Source: an uncultured delta proteobacterium
GTDB lineage: Bacteria > Desulfobacterota > Desulfobaccia > Desulfobaccales > 0-14-0-80-60-11
Direction of reading: 5' to 3'
Assembly: GCA_963812015.1 (NCBI GenBank)
Contig: CAWETI010000003.1
Span: forward strand, 576,001 to 640,000
Length of the DNA: 64,000 bases
A program made the translations under genes and the position numbers. This document shows positions 1-9,927 of the stretch, piece by piece (position 1 is the first letter of the stretch; every line of letters starts with the position of its first letter). Below the pieces are notes generated by a model. That model had not been told where the DNA came from, did not search any database, and was given only the letters and a program-made list of their open reading frames with translations.

Positions 1-1558
1 TTTCCTATTTCTTCCGATCATCATCATCTCCTACTGGCTCCTGCCGGCCAGACGGCGGCTGCTGTTGTTGCTGGCGGGCAGCTATTTCTTCTACGCCTGT
101 TGGGACGTCAGGTTCCTGGCCCTGGTGCTGGCCACCACGGTCATCGACTACAATTGCGGCCTGGCCATCGCCGGCCGGAAAAATGGACCCTGGCCGGCCC
201 TGGGTTTATCCCTGTTGCCCGGGGCCTGGTTACTGGGGTGTTATGTCGGGCTCCCCGCCTCGGACATTTCTCAGTCTCTCTTATTGATCAGCGCCGCCGT
301 GGGCCTGGCGTTTTTCGGGGCCCATGAAGCCATCGGGCTCCTGGCCGAGGACCGGCGCGCCAGGTATTACCTGATTCTCAGCGTAGTCTTTTGCCTGACC
401 ATTTTAGGGTTCTTTAAATATTTCAATTTTTTTGTCGGATCATTCACCTCGCTCCTGGGGGGGGTGGGGTTCAAAGCCGATTGGGCCCTGCTGAAAATCA
501 TTCTGCCCGTGGGCATCTCCTTTTACACCTTCCAATCCCTGGGCTACGTCATTGATATCTATCGGGGCCAGAGCCCCCCATGTTCGGATCTTCTCACCTT
601 TGCCACCTTTGACGCCTTTTTTCCCCAGATGGTCTCGGGGCCCATCGAACGGGGCAAGAACCTCATCCCCCAGCTTGAGAACGGGGCCAGTTTCCGGGAT
701 TCGCATCTTCAGGACGGCCTGCGCTTGATCCTGGTGGGGTTCTTCAAGAAAATCTTCGTGGCCGATAATTGCGCCCTTTTGGCCAATTACGCCTTTAATC
801 CCCAAACCACCCTCAACGGCTACTGGGCGGTGATCGGGGTGGTGGCCTTCGCCTTTCAGATCTACAGTGATTTCTCGGGGTATACCGATATCGCCAGGGG
901 GTCCGCCAAACTGTTGGGGATCGATCTCATGGAAAATTTCCGGTTCCCCTATTTTTCCCGGACTCCCTCGGAATTTTGGGGCAGGTGGCACATTTCCCTG
1001 TCCACCTGGTTCCGGGATTACCTGTATATCCCTTTGGGGGGCAATCGCGGCGCCAGGTGGGAGACTTTGCGGAATCTGGCCATTGTCATGGTCTTAGCCG
1101 GTCTGTGGCACGGCGCCAACTGGGTTTTTGTCCTGTGGGGGGCGTATCATGGGGCCCTGCTCATTCTCTACCGGGTGCTGCCGCCGTTCAATCGCCTGTC
1201 GGGCCAAGACGGGGCCTGGACCTGGCGGGACGTCGCCGCGGTGCCCCTGATGCTGGTCTTTACCCTGGTGGGCTGGGCTATTTTTCGCAGCCCCAGCGTC
1301 GCGCATCTGGGCGCCTGGTTCGGGGCGTTGGGCAACTGGGACGCCTCAGCGGGACTCTCCTGGGAATCCTCCTCCCTCTGGCTGCTGATCCATATCCTCC
1401 CCTTGATCCTGCTGCAAGTCCTGGCCTGGAAATACCGGGATGAAGCCACGCTCACACACGTTCCCTGGCTGGCCCGGGGTCTGGTTTATACCGTGATGAT
1501 CCTGTTGATCGTCTCCTCGGGGGAGCAGGATAAAGAATTTATCTATTTTCAGTTCTGA
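1..1558 (+). CDS. MBOAT family O-acyltransferase (AlgI/DltB-like), 5' end outside the window
   Basis: Frame is open from base 2 (FLFLPIIIISYWLL...). Motifs LPVGISFYTFQ, FFPQMVSGPIER, FWGRWHISLSTWFRDYLYIPLGGNR, GLWHGA and the C-terminal FIYFQF are typical of AlgI-like MBOATs. Confidence 0.93.
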   Translation, partial: FLFLPIIIISYWLLPARRRLLLLLAGSYFFYACWDVRFLALVLATTVIDYNCGLAIAGRKNGPWPALGLSLLPGAWLLGCYVGLPASDISQSLLLISAAVGLAFFGAHEAIGLLAEDRRARYYLILSVVFCLTILGFFKYFNFFVGSFTSLLGGVGFKADWALLKIILPVGISFYTFQSLGYVIDIYRGQSPPCSDLLTFATFDAFFPQMVSGPIERGKNLIPQLENGASFRDSHLQDGLRLILVGFFKKIFVADNCALLANYAFNPQTTLNGYWAVIGVVAFAFQIYSDFSGYTDIARGSAKLLGIDLMENFRFPYFSRTPSEFWGRWHISLSTWFRDYLYIPLGGNRGARWETLRNLAIVMVLAGLWHGANWVFVLWGAYHGALLILYRVLPPFNRLSGQDGAWTWRDVAAVPLMLVFTLVGWAIFRSPSVAHLGAWFGALGNWDASAGLSWESSSLWLLIHILPLILLQVLAWKYRDEATLTHVPWLARGLVYTVMILLIVSSGEQDKEFIYFQF

Positions 1559-2634
1559 TGAAACGGCTAATCACTCCCGCCTGCCTTGTGGTAATCTGCC
1601 TGTTGGGCCTGGCCGAACTGGGCGCCCGGCTCTTTTTTGCCCAGGATATTTCGGGGCGCTTCGACTACGGCTACAATCCCCAGGCCGGTTTTGCGGAGCA
1701 TGGCGACGGCACGGTGGAACTCTTCCGGGCGGGGGGACGCCGGTTCTACCCCCAGACGTTTGAGCGTCACCGGCCGCCGGGGGTGTTTCGCATCTTCGTC
1801 ATCGGCGACTCCGTGCCCCGGGGCCCCAACCTGAAAGGGGCCTATCCCTGGCTCCTGGGGGCGGAATTGGAGCAGCATGACCTTAGGGCCGAGTCCATCA
1901 ACCTGGCCGTGCCCGGCTACGGGCCCCGCCGCTGTCAGATCGTGCTCAAGAAGGCCCTGGAGTATGACCCCAGTCTCATCATCTTGCATCTGGACGACTA
2001 CAATAAGTGGGAGGATGAGCGGGAGTGGCGGCGCAGCCAGGAATTCCAGGGGTGGCACCCCCGGCACTGGCTGATGAAGAGTTTCATATTCCGGCGGCTC
2101 TATGAAGCTAAAATGGAGAAGATCTTCTGGACCCTGGTGCCCGAGGAGATCCGTCTGAGATACGCCGCCAACGACGTTGACGCCCAGGTGGCCGCCGGGG
2201 CCGACCCCAAGGAAATTGCGGCCCGGATCAAATTGGCCTATGACACCGCGGTGGAAAATGTCGCCATGGTGCGAGCCCGGCATATTCCCATCATCATCGT
2301 TACCCAGTGTCGGCTGGAGGAAGACGCCCGCCACCGCATCTCCCTCACCGACCACGGTCTGGATGCCCTGGGGGAATCCCTGGCAGGTCCCGGGGTCTAC
2401 CACGTTTCCATGAAAGAAGTTTTGTCCGGTCAGGACATCAAGCAAATCTTTACCAACTTCAGCGGCCACATGCACCAGGAAGGCCATCAGCTCCTGGCCC
2501 GGGCCCTTGGCGCCAAAATCGAGACGGAACGAGCCGCCGGAAGAATGCCGGGGCCTAAAGTCGCCGTGGCGGAAAAGCCCCGGGAGGCGAAGGCTTCCAG
2601 CCCGGCCGTCCCAACCGTCCTGCTGAACCCGTAA
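1558..2634 (+). CDS. SGNH/GDSL hydrolase-like protein with N-terminal anchor (AlgJ/AlgX-like partner of the MBOAT)
   Basis: GDS motif (VIGDSV), NLAVPGYG block and C-terminal GHMHQEGH. Start overlaps the MBOAT stop (TGATG). Confidence 0.75.
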   Translation: MKRLITPACLVVICLLGLAELGARLFFAQDISGRFDYGYNPQAGFAEHGDGTVELFRAGGRRFYPQTFERHRPPGVFRIFVIGDSVPRGPNLKGAYPWLLGAELEQHDLRAESINLAVPGYGPRRCQIVLKKALEYDPSLIILHLDDYNKWEDEREWRRSQEFQGWHPRHWLMKSFIFRRLYEAKMEKIFWTLVPEEIRLRYAANDVDAQVAAGADPKEIAARIKLAYDTAVENVAMVRARHIPIIIVTQCRLEEDARHRISLTDHGLDALGESLAGPGVYHVSMKEVLSGQDIKQIFTNFSGHMHQEGHQLLARALGAKIETERAAGRMPGPKVAVAEKPREAKASSPAVPTVLLNP

Positions 2635-2704
2635 CCGACATTGCCGGCTGCTGAGCTTCAAGATCAGAGGCGCGTGAGAGAGGCGGAACCCTCAGAGGAG
2701 ACTC

Positions 2705-3622
2705 ATGGAACAGGTTTTGGGAATGATTTACGGTCTGGCGTTGGGAGATGCCCTGGGGGCGCCGGTGGAATTCTGGGAATTGAAGGGGATCCGGGAACGC
2801 TATGGTCCGGGCGGCATCCAGGAGCTTCCGGAGCCGGCCTTATTCACCGATGACACCCAGATGAGCCTGGCGGTGGCCGAGGCCCTGGTGGCGGCGGGGC
2901 ATCAGGACCTGGGCGCTATCATGACGGCCATATCCCAAGAGTTTGTCGCCTGGCTGCGGTCTCCGGAGAATGACCGCTCCCCGGGGGGGTCCTGCCTCTA
3001 TGGGGCCCGGCAACTGGAGGCGGGGGTGCCCTGGTGGAAAAGCGGCAAGCCCAATACCAAGGGCTGCGGGGCGGCCATGCGGGTGGCTCCCATCGGCTAC
3101 CTCTATCAGCATGACCTGCCCAAGTTGCGCCAGGTGGCGGCGGCTTCGGCCCTAGCCACCCACCATCATCCCACTGCCCAATTGGGGGCCGTGGCCGCGG
3201 CCTTTCTGGTCAAACTGGCCCTGGACCGCATCCCCCCGGATGAGATGCTCCCGACCCTGGAGCTGGAAACCCACGGACAGGTCCAGGAATTCGACCAGAC
3301 CCTGGCGCGACTGGAAGAGGCCCTGGAGATGACCTCCCCGGACGCGGCCCTGGCTCATATCGGCGAAGGCTGGGTGGTGGAGGAAGCCGTCATGATGGCC
3401 CTCTATTGTTTCCTTAAATCGCCGGATGACTTTCTGGCCACAATTCGTCAGGGGGCCAACACCCAGGGGGATTCGGACTCCATCGCCTGTATCGCCGGCG
3501 GCATCAGCGGCGCCTACCTGGGCATCCGGGCCCTGCCGCCGGAATGGGTGGAGCGCCTGGAAAAGTCCGCTTACCTGGCGGATGTCGCCCGACGTCTGGC
3601 GGCGGTGAAAGGGCGGGAATGA
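2705..3622 (+). CDS. ADP-ribosylglycohydrolase family protein
   Basis: GDALGAPVEF, FTDDTQM, GCGAAMRVAP and GDSDSIA motifs; GAGGAG RBS upstream. Confidence 0.92.
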   Translation: MEQVLGMIYGLALGDALGAPVEFWELKGIRERYGPGGIQELPEPALFTDDTQMSLAVAEALVAAGHQDLGAIMTAISQEFVAWLRSPENDRSPGGSCLYGARQLEAGVPWWKSGKPNTKGCGAAMRVAPIGYLYQHDLPKLRQVAAASALATHHHPTAQLGAVAAAFLVKLALDRIPPDEMLPTLELETHGQVQEFDQTLARLEEALEMTSPDAALAHIGEGWVVEEAVMMALYCFLKSPDDFLATIRQGANTQGDSDSIACIAGGISGAYLGIRALPPEWVERLEKSAYLADVARRLAAVKGRE

Positions 3623-4437
3623 AGGCGGGGTCTTTTCGAGATAACATCTTCATGAAGATAATGACGGGATTGGTTGTATTGGCGCTCCTGGGGGGGCTCG
3701 GGGTCCGGGTCGGTGGGGTCGAGGCCGCGGAGAGTTGCGCGGACGCCCGGCAGGCCATGGTAGCCCGGCAACTGCAACGCCGGGACATCACCGACCCCCG
3801 GGTATTGATCGCCATGGGCACGGTGCCCCGGCACCGCTTCGTACCCGGGGCCATGGCGTCCCAGGCCTATGGCGACCATCCCCTGCCCATCGGGGAAGGT
3901 CAGACCATCTCCCAGCCCTATATCGTGGCCTTGATGACCCAATGGGCCGAAGTGCACCCCCAAGACAAGGTGCTGGAGGTGGGGACGGGTTCAGGGTATC
4001 AGGCCGCGGTCCTGGCTGAGCTTGCCGAACAGGTCCTGAGCATCGAACTCCGCCCGGAACTGGCCCGGCAGGCCGCGGCGCGCCTCAACGAGTTGGGCTA
4101 CGGGCGGGTGCGGGTGAAAAGCGGCGACGGCTACCAGGGCTGGCCGGAGGAAGCCCCCTTTGACGCCATCCTGGTCACCGCGGCTGCGCCCCGGGTGCCT
4201 CCGGCCCTGGCGGCGCAGCTTAAAGAGGGTGGTCGCCTGGTGATTCCCCTGGGGGCGGCCTATGGGGGCCAAACCCTGGTGCGCTGGCGGAAAGTGCAGG
4301 GGAACCTGGTGGAGGAGGCTTCCCTGCCGGTGAGGTTTGTGCCCCTGGTGAGCCCCCCGGTCCTGAAGGGGATGCCCGGGGAGACCCCGCCGGAGGCCCC
4401 GGGACCGAGCCCAATTCCCGGGGTAACGACGCGCTAA
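3619..4437 (+). CDS. pcm: Protein-L-isoaspartate(D-aspartate) O-methyltransferase (start 3619 or 3652)
   Basis: VPRHRFV, QTISQPYIVA, VLEVGTGSGYQAA, GDGYQGWPEEAPFDAILVTAA and VRFVPL motifs. Confidence 0.93.
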   Translation: MKAGSFRDNIFMKIMTGLVVLALLGGLGVRVGGVEAAESCADARQAMVARQLQRRDITDPRVLIAMGTVPRHRFVPGAMASQAYGDHPLPIGEGQTISQPYIVALMTQWAEVHPQDKVLEVGTGSGYQAAVLAELAEQVLSIELRPELARQAAARLNELGYGRVRVKSGDGYQGWPEEAPFDAILVTAAAPRVPPALAAQLKEGGRLVIPLGAAYGGQTLVRWRKVQGNLVEEASLPVRFVPLVSPPVLKGMPGETPPEAPGPSPIPGVTTR

Positions 4438-4897
4438 GGGGAGGCTTGTCTCGATCCCCGGTTTCTGTAATGTCCCCTGCCAAAAGCGCCCATCTCGTTA
4501 TTCAGATCATATCTTTAATTTTTTCGGGTCTGATGATAAGGGCGTATAGTGACAAGATATACCGCAGTCAGACCACACCAGGTTCCCCTGCCATGCCGGT
4601 GGGATATGTGCTTGGGGCCACAGACTTACCTAAGTTACAATACTTCCAGGCGCTCCTGGATTGGGGGTTCATAAGCCGGTGCCACACCCAGAATATGTGA
4701 ACCAGGGGGGGGGTATGAACCCGTAAAAAATTAACTTTTGATGAAAATTTGTGATAGCTTGCTTTTGGTAAGACGATTTGGCTACAAAAAGAAGAGCTTT
4801 CCCGGAAATAAACCCTTGATATAATATCCCCAAAACCATTTTTCGATTGCGGGGCCGAGGCGGCCGCATAATCTGAGCTAACTGCTATCCGAACACA

Positions 4898-6471
4898 ATG
4901 GAGTCAATCATAAGAGTCCTGCTAATAAATCCTGAGTTTCCCCCATCCTTTTGGTCACTTGCCGAAGCTTCTAATTTTATGGGTCGCAAGACCCTGCTGC
5001 CGCCCCTGGGGCTCCTGACCGTGGCTGCGCTCTTGCCGCAAGAATGGGAATTCCGCCTGGCAGACCTGAACCTCGGCCCCCTCACTGCGGCATCCTGGCA
5101 GTGGGCCGACCTGGTGATGATCACCGGCATGATCATTCAGCGGGAGGGGATTTTAAGTCTGGTGCGGCAGGCAAAAGAGCAGGGAAAAACCGTAATAGTG
5201 GGGGGCCCCTGTGCTACCTCTCTGCCCCAGGATATGCTGGACGCCGGGGCCGATTTTGTGGTGCGGGGCGAGGGGGAAACCACCATCCCCCGCCTGTTGG
5301 CGGCCCTTCGCGCAGGGCAACCGGGAGGGGTGATTAAAGAAGACGGCAAGCCGAAGATGACCATCTCGCCGGTGCCCCGGTTTGATCTGATCACGCTTGA
5401 CGACTATGTCGCCATCGGCATTCAGACCTCCCGGGGCTGTCCCTTTGACTGCGAATTCTGCGATATCGTCAGCCTCTACGGCCGCACCCCCCGCTACAAA
5501 GATCCCGGCCAGGTCGTTGCCGAACTGGAAACCCTGTACCATCTGGGCTGGCGCGGGGTGGTGTTCATCAGTGATGACAATTTCATCGGTAACCAGGATC
5601 ATGCCCGGGCCATTCTGAACCGGTTGATCCCCTGGATGGAGGGCCACGGGGAGCCCTTCTGTTTCTGGACCCAGGCCTCCATGAACCTGGGGCAGGATCG
5701 GGAGATGATCGACCTTTTGACCGCCGCCAACTTCGCCTACGTCTTTTTGGGAGTGGAAACGCCTGAACCTGACATCCTGCGCGCCGCCGGCAAGTATCAA
5801 AATTTGCGCAATCCCTTGAAGGATTCCCTGGCGGCCATCAACGCCAACGGCCTCAACATGATCGCCAGCTTCATCATCGGTTTCGATGGGGAGCAGAGTG
5901 GCGCCGTGGACCGCATCGCGGAGTTCGTGGAAGAGCTCGCCATCCCTATCATAATGATAAACATCTTGCAGCCTCTCCCCAACACCAGGCTATGGAACCG
6001 GTTGGAAAAGGAAGGCCGGCTGCTCTATGGCAAGACCAGCGGCGACTTTTATGGGATGGGATTCAATTACCTACCCACCCGCCCCCAGGAAGAGATCTTG
6101 GGGGAATTCGTCCGGGGCCTTGACCGCCTCTACGAACCTTCCCGGTATCTGGCCCGGGCTTACCGTTACTTTCTGACTATGCGGCCCACCCGCCGGGCCC
6201 TGGCCCGGCAGGCCGGGGAAAATGCCCCCGCCCCCCCCAGACCCCCAAGAAACCGCCCTCTCCCCATCGCCTCAGTGAAGCATTAGCTCAATTAATGCGC
6301 CTGATCTGGCGCCAGGGGATTCGGCCCGGTTATCGCTGGCAGTTCTGGAGACAGGTCCTGGGGATTTACCGTCAGAACCCGAGCCGCCTGAAGCCCTATC
6401 TCATTTGTTGCAGCATGGGTGAAGATTTATTTGCCCTCAGGCGAGATATTCTGAAGAAGTGGCATGGCTGA
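4898..6471 (+). CDS. B12-binding radical SAM protein with DUF4070-like C-terminus, interrupted by a 1-nt frameshift at the C8 run (6231-6238)
   Basis: PPLGLLTVAALLP and TSRGCPFDCEFC motifs. The ORF stops at 6286, but the frame starting at 6241 continues ...LAQLMRLIWRQGIRPGYRWQFW...KWHG* to 6471. One extra C restores a single ORF. Confidence 0.85.
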
Positions 6472-6744
6472 TTACCCTGCCGCCTCGCAATCGCCGGTCC
6501 CCGGTGTCCCAGCCGAGGTTATAATTAGGACCTGAGGGGCCGGCTCAGGTTTTCTGAACGCAGGGGCTTTGGCAAGACCAGGCGTAGCTCTCAGAAATCC
6601 TCTGACCCGAGCCATTAGCCGGGCAAACATCTCGGCATACTCCCGAGTATGGTCGTTGTCGCTCTGGAGATGGGCAATTTCGTGGCACCAGTCGGTATCC
6701 GGCAGGCTAAAAGCTGATGGACCGGCGCCGGTGGTCCGCTTCCG
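6472..6744 (-). pseudogene. Fragment with an HExxH zinc-metalloprotease-like motif (SprT/WLM/M48-like remnant)
   Basis: Minus frame reads DTDWCHEIAHLQSDNDHTREYAEMFARLM, with HEIAH at 6670-6684. There is an in-frame stop upstream and no clear start. Confidence 0.35.
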
Positions 6745-6854
6745 TCATTCGGCTACGAATGACTGATCACTGCTATATATACGCAGGGTTAACTCACCAT
6801 AAGAATTATTCGATAGGATTACCATAGCACACCTTCCGCAATATCCTAAAATGC

Positions 6855-7514
6855 TTATAAAAACTTCCGAATGAACGCCGCCACCGCAGGTTTGCCCCGA
6901 TAAATCCCGTAATGCCCTTCGCACAGCACGTCGGCTGCGAGGGAAAGCAGCAATTCCAGGGAGCGCCGGTAGGCTTCGGCATCGGACCGCAAGTCCGGAT
7001 GCAGGGGGCCATGGACATCCTGGGCGAACAGGATCTTCAGCCCCTGGGATTCGGTGAGATAGACCACTGATCCCGGGGAATGCCCGGGAGTGTGGATGGC
7101 CTCAATGATCCGGCCCCCCAACGCAATCTCGGTTCGAGCCCCGGCAAGTTTGAGGTCAACCGGGCAGGGCGGCAGAGTCGCCCCGTACCAGGTGGCGGCC
7201 GTTACCGTGGCATCGCCCTGCTCCAGGAACGGCGCTTCCAGGGCATGGGCCACCACCTGGCAGGGCAGCAGGTCCTTCAGGGCCCTGGCGCCCCCGGTGT
7301 GGTCGAAGTGGCAGTGGGTGAGAAGCAGGTATTCTATCTGCTTCGGCTCGACCCCCGAGGCCCGAATATTGGCGAGCAGACGCGGCTGGGCCCGGCCGCA
7401 GCCGGCGTCCACCAACGCTGCGTGGCCGCTAAAATTGATGAGATAGATGGCGGCATCCTCAGGGGCGGTAAGTTGCGCCCCGCCCACCTGATGGATTTCC
7501 CCGGTTATACGCAT
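6855..7514 (-). CDS. MBL-fold metallo-hydrolase
   Basis: THCHFDHTGG, HTPGHSPGS and CEGH motifs. Confidence 0.92.
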   Translation of the reverse strand: MRITGEIHQVGGAQLTAPEDAAIYLINFSGHAALVDAGCGRAQPRLLANIRASGVEPKQIEYLLLTHCHFDHTGGARALKDLLPCQVVAHALEAPFLEQGDATVTAATWYGATLPPCPVDLKLAGARTEIALGGRIIEAIHTPGHSPGSVVYLTESQGLKILFAQDVHGPLHPDLRSDAEAYRRSLELLLSLAADVLCEGHYGIYRGKPAVAAFIRKFL

Positions 7515-7587
7515 AGCCTCCCCTCAGCCCCGGACTGCTCCCCCTTACACCCCACCTGTCCCCGGTGAAATAGGGCGGGCCAGGCGG

Positions 7588-7899
7588 TCAGACCTCAACC
7601 AACAGGGCTTTCACTGCCATAATGGCCAGCCGCCGCACCGCGGTCACCGGCATGGTCCCCTCTAGGGTCAGGGGTATGGGTTTCCGTAAGAACAACATAT
7701 AATCGCTGCTGCTGTTATAGATCGCCGCGAAGCGCTTGTAGTCGGGGGTATAAAAGTCGGCCTTGTCGAAGCGGTCGTCGTCGCCGGGCTCCACCCGGCC
7801 GTCCGGGTACACGTCAACCCGGTAGTAACAATCATCGGTCTCGAGGATGCAGGGGAGGATAATCCATTCGCCGGGCTCAATGGCAATGATTCTTCTCAT
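7588..7899 (-). CDS. Hypothetical protein (103 aa)
   Basis: ATG with a purine-rich upstream region and protein-like composition; co-oriented with its neighbours. Confidence 0.6.
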   Translation of the reverse strand: MRRIIAIEPGEWIILPCILETDDCYYRVDVYPDGRVEPGDDDRFDKADFYTPDYKRFAAIYNSSSDYMLFLRKPIPLTLEGTMPVTAVRRLAIMAVKALLVEV

Positions 7900-8191
7900 A
7901 CCCTTTCCCCCGGTTCACTGCCGCGGCCGCGGAACCTGGTTGAGCTTCTGAGTGGATAGGGTTGGGCTGCATAACTAGGGTGATGGCAAATCATAGGAAA
8001 ACCTGGGATAGAGGGCCTTAAAGTCCCTCCTTCGAAAAGGGGGGAAAGCCGTGGTTTTACCTGTCAAAGCACGGAGGCAGCGCCCCAAGAGTTATCCCAT
8101 CCGGCGATGGCCCGGCTCCTGATCCTGCCTGGTCAGACACCAGCGCCATGGATCCAAAGGAAGCACGCTATTGCCGGTCTTCCCCGGTTGG

Positions 8192-9124
8192 CTACCCGAC
8201 CCTGAGAGGGGCGGACTGCTCCGCCGCCCGGAGGAGGTGGGTGAGGAGGTCGTTGACCGGGGTGGACAGGCCGAGGGCCCGGCCCCGGATTACCACCTGG
8301 GCGTTCAAGGCCTCGATTTCCGTGGGCCGCCCCGTCAGAATATCCTGGAGCATGGAAGAGTGGTTGGCGGCCGTATTGGCACAGACCTGGGACAGGCGCG
8401 CCGCGGGGTCGCCGGTGAGCTTGAGCCCCGCAGCCGCGGCCACCGTCTGGGCTTCTTGGGCTGCGGCCACCGCCACTTCCCAGGCTTGGGGCAGCTGGAG
8501 CAACGCCCCGTTGGGCACGCGCAGCAGGGCGGTGAGGGGGTTAATGCCCACGTTGATGACCAGCTTCTCCCACAAAACGGCCTCGATGTCCTCCCGGGGG
8601 TGGCACTCCAACCCGGCGTGCCGGAAAAGGTCCACCACGGCGGCCGTCTCGGCCCCGGTTACCCGGGACCCGGCCGGCACCCCGATGAAAATAGCTCCCC
8701 GGCCGGCATAGATGATGCGGCCCTCATCCTGCCGGGTCACCCCCAAAAGGCCTACCCCGGCCAGCAGGCGCTCGGGGCCCACGGTCCCGGCCATGGCTTC
8801 CAGGTTGCCCAAACCATTCTGCAAGGTCAGAGCCATGCCCCCCTGGCTCATCAGGGCCGGCAGGGCCCGGGCCGCGGTTTCCGTTTGATAGGCCTTGACC
8901 GCCATGATGGTTAAATCGCAGGGCCCCGCCTCGGCCGCCAGGCCGATGGGCACCATGACCACCCGAGGCCCGCCGTCCAGGGTGTGCACCTGGATGCCCC
9001 GCTGGCGCAGCCAGGCGACTCGATCCGGACGGTAGTCCACCAAAGAGACCTCGACGCCGGCTTCCCAAAAGAGGGCGGCCACAAGACATCCCAGGGCCCC
9101 CGGTCCCAATACGGCCAGTTTCAT
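8192..9124 (-). CDS. panE: 2-dehydropantoate 2-reductase
   Basis: GPGALG Rossmann motif, VKAYQT, LQNGLGN, WEKLVINVGINPLTAL and SSMLQD...TEIEALN. Confidence 0.93.
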   Translation of the reverse strand: MKLAVLGPGALGCLVAALFWEAGVEVSLVDYRPDRVAWLRQRGIQVHTLDGGPRVVMVPIGLAAEAGPCDLTIMAVKAYQTETAARALPALMSQGGMALTLQNGLGNLEAMAGTVGPERLLAGVGLLGVTRQDEGRIIYAGRGAIFIGVPAGSRVTGAETAAVVDLFRHAGLECHPREDIEAVLWEKLVINVGINPLTALLRVPNGALLQLPQAWEVAVAAAQEAQTVAAAAGLKLTGDPAARLSQVCANTAANHSSMLQDILTGRPTEIEALNAQVVIRGRALGLSTPVNDLLTHLLRAAEQSAPLRVG

Positions 9125-9237
9125 TGATCGTCCTGAAGAAAAAGCAAGAAATAGCCCCCGAAATTGCGTCAGGATTCTTTATCTTTTAGATGATTTGTAA
9201 TAAAATTTCTACGAGTAATTAAAGAAAGGGGGCGATA

Positions 9238-9927
9238 ATGAGCGTGCCCGTGGAATTACCGAGGCATTTCGACCAGGAATTGGGAAATCTGAAGCAGGAT
9301 CTGCTCCGGATGGCGGCGCTGGCCGAGACTGCGGTGGGCAAGAGCCTGTTATCCGTCACCAACCGGGACTCGGACCTGGCCCGGGAGGTGATCACCGATG
9401 ACATCTCCCTCAACCGCATGGAGCTGGCCATTGAAGAACAGGCCTTTAAACTGCTGGCCCTGCGGCAGCCCGTGGCCACCGACCTCCGTCTCACCGTGGC
9501 GGCGATGCGCATCGCCACGGAATTGGAGCGCATCGGCGATCAGGCCGTCAATATCGCCGAACGGGCCCTGGAACTGAACAGCAGCCCAGCTCTGGAAGTA
9601 CCCATCAATATCAGGGTCATGGCGGAAATGGCCTTGGAGATGGTTCGCACCAGCATTGACGCCTTTGTCAACCAGGACCCCAAGTTGGCCATCCAGGTCT
9701 GTCAACGGGACGTGGAAGTGGATATTCTGGACGATGAATATGTCCAAAAGATCCTGGGCTACATGATTGAAGAGTCCCGCTGGGTGACCCGGCTGCATCA
9801 CTTCGTAATCATCGTCCGGAACCTGGAGCGCATTGCCGATTTAGCCACCAACATCGCCGAAGACATCGTGTTCATCGTCGAGGGCCGGGTAATCAAGCAT
9901 CGGTGTGAAGAAATGATGCTTTCCTAG
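9238..9927 (+). CDS. phoU: Phosphate signalling complex protein PhoU
   Basis: RQPVATDLR, ELERIGDQAVNIA and NLERIADLATNIAE repeats. Confidence 0.95.
   Translation: MSVPVELPRHFDQELGNLKQDLLRMAALAETAVGKSLLSVTNRDSDLAREVITDDISLNRMELAIEEQAFKLLALRQPVATDLRLTVAAMRIATELERIGDQAVNIAERALELNSSPALEVPINIRVMAEMALEMVRTSIDAFVNQDPKLAIQVCQRDVEVDILDDEYVQKILGYMIEESRWVTRLHHFVIIVRNLERIADLATNIAEDIVFIVEGRVIKHRCEEMMLS

Noticed and set aside
7980..8060. c-di-GMP-I riboswitch-like GGCAAA...GAAA start
   Set aside because: It lacks the GACGCAAAG segment and second stem, and the orientation does not fit the flanking minus-strand genes.
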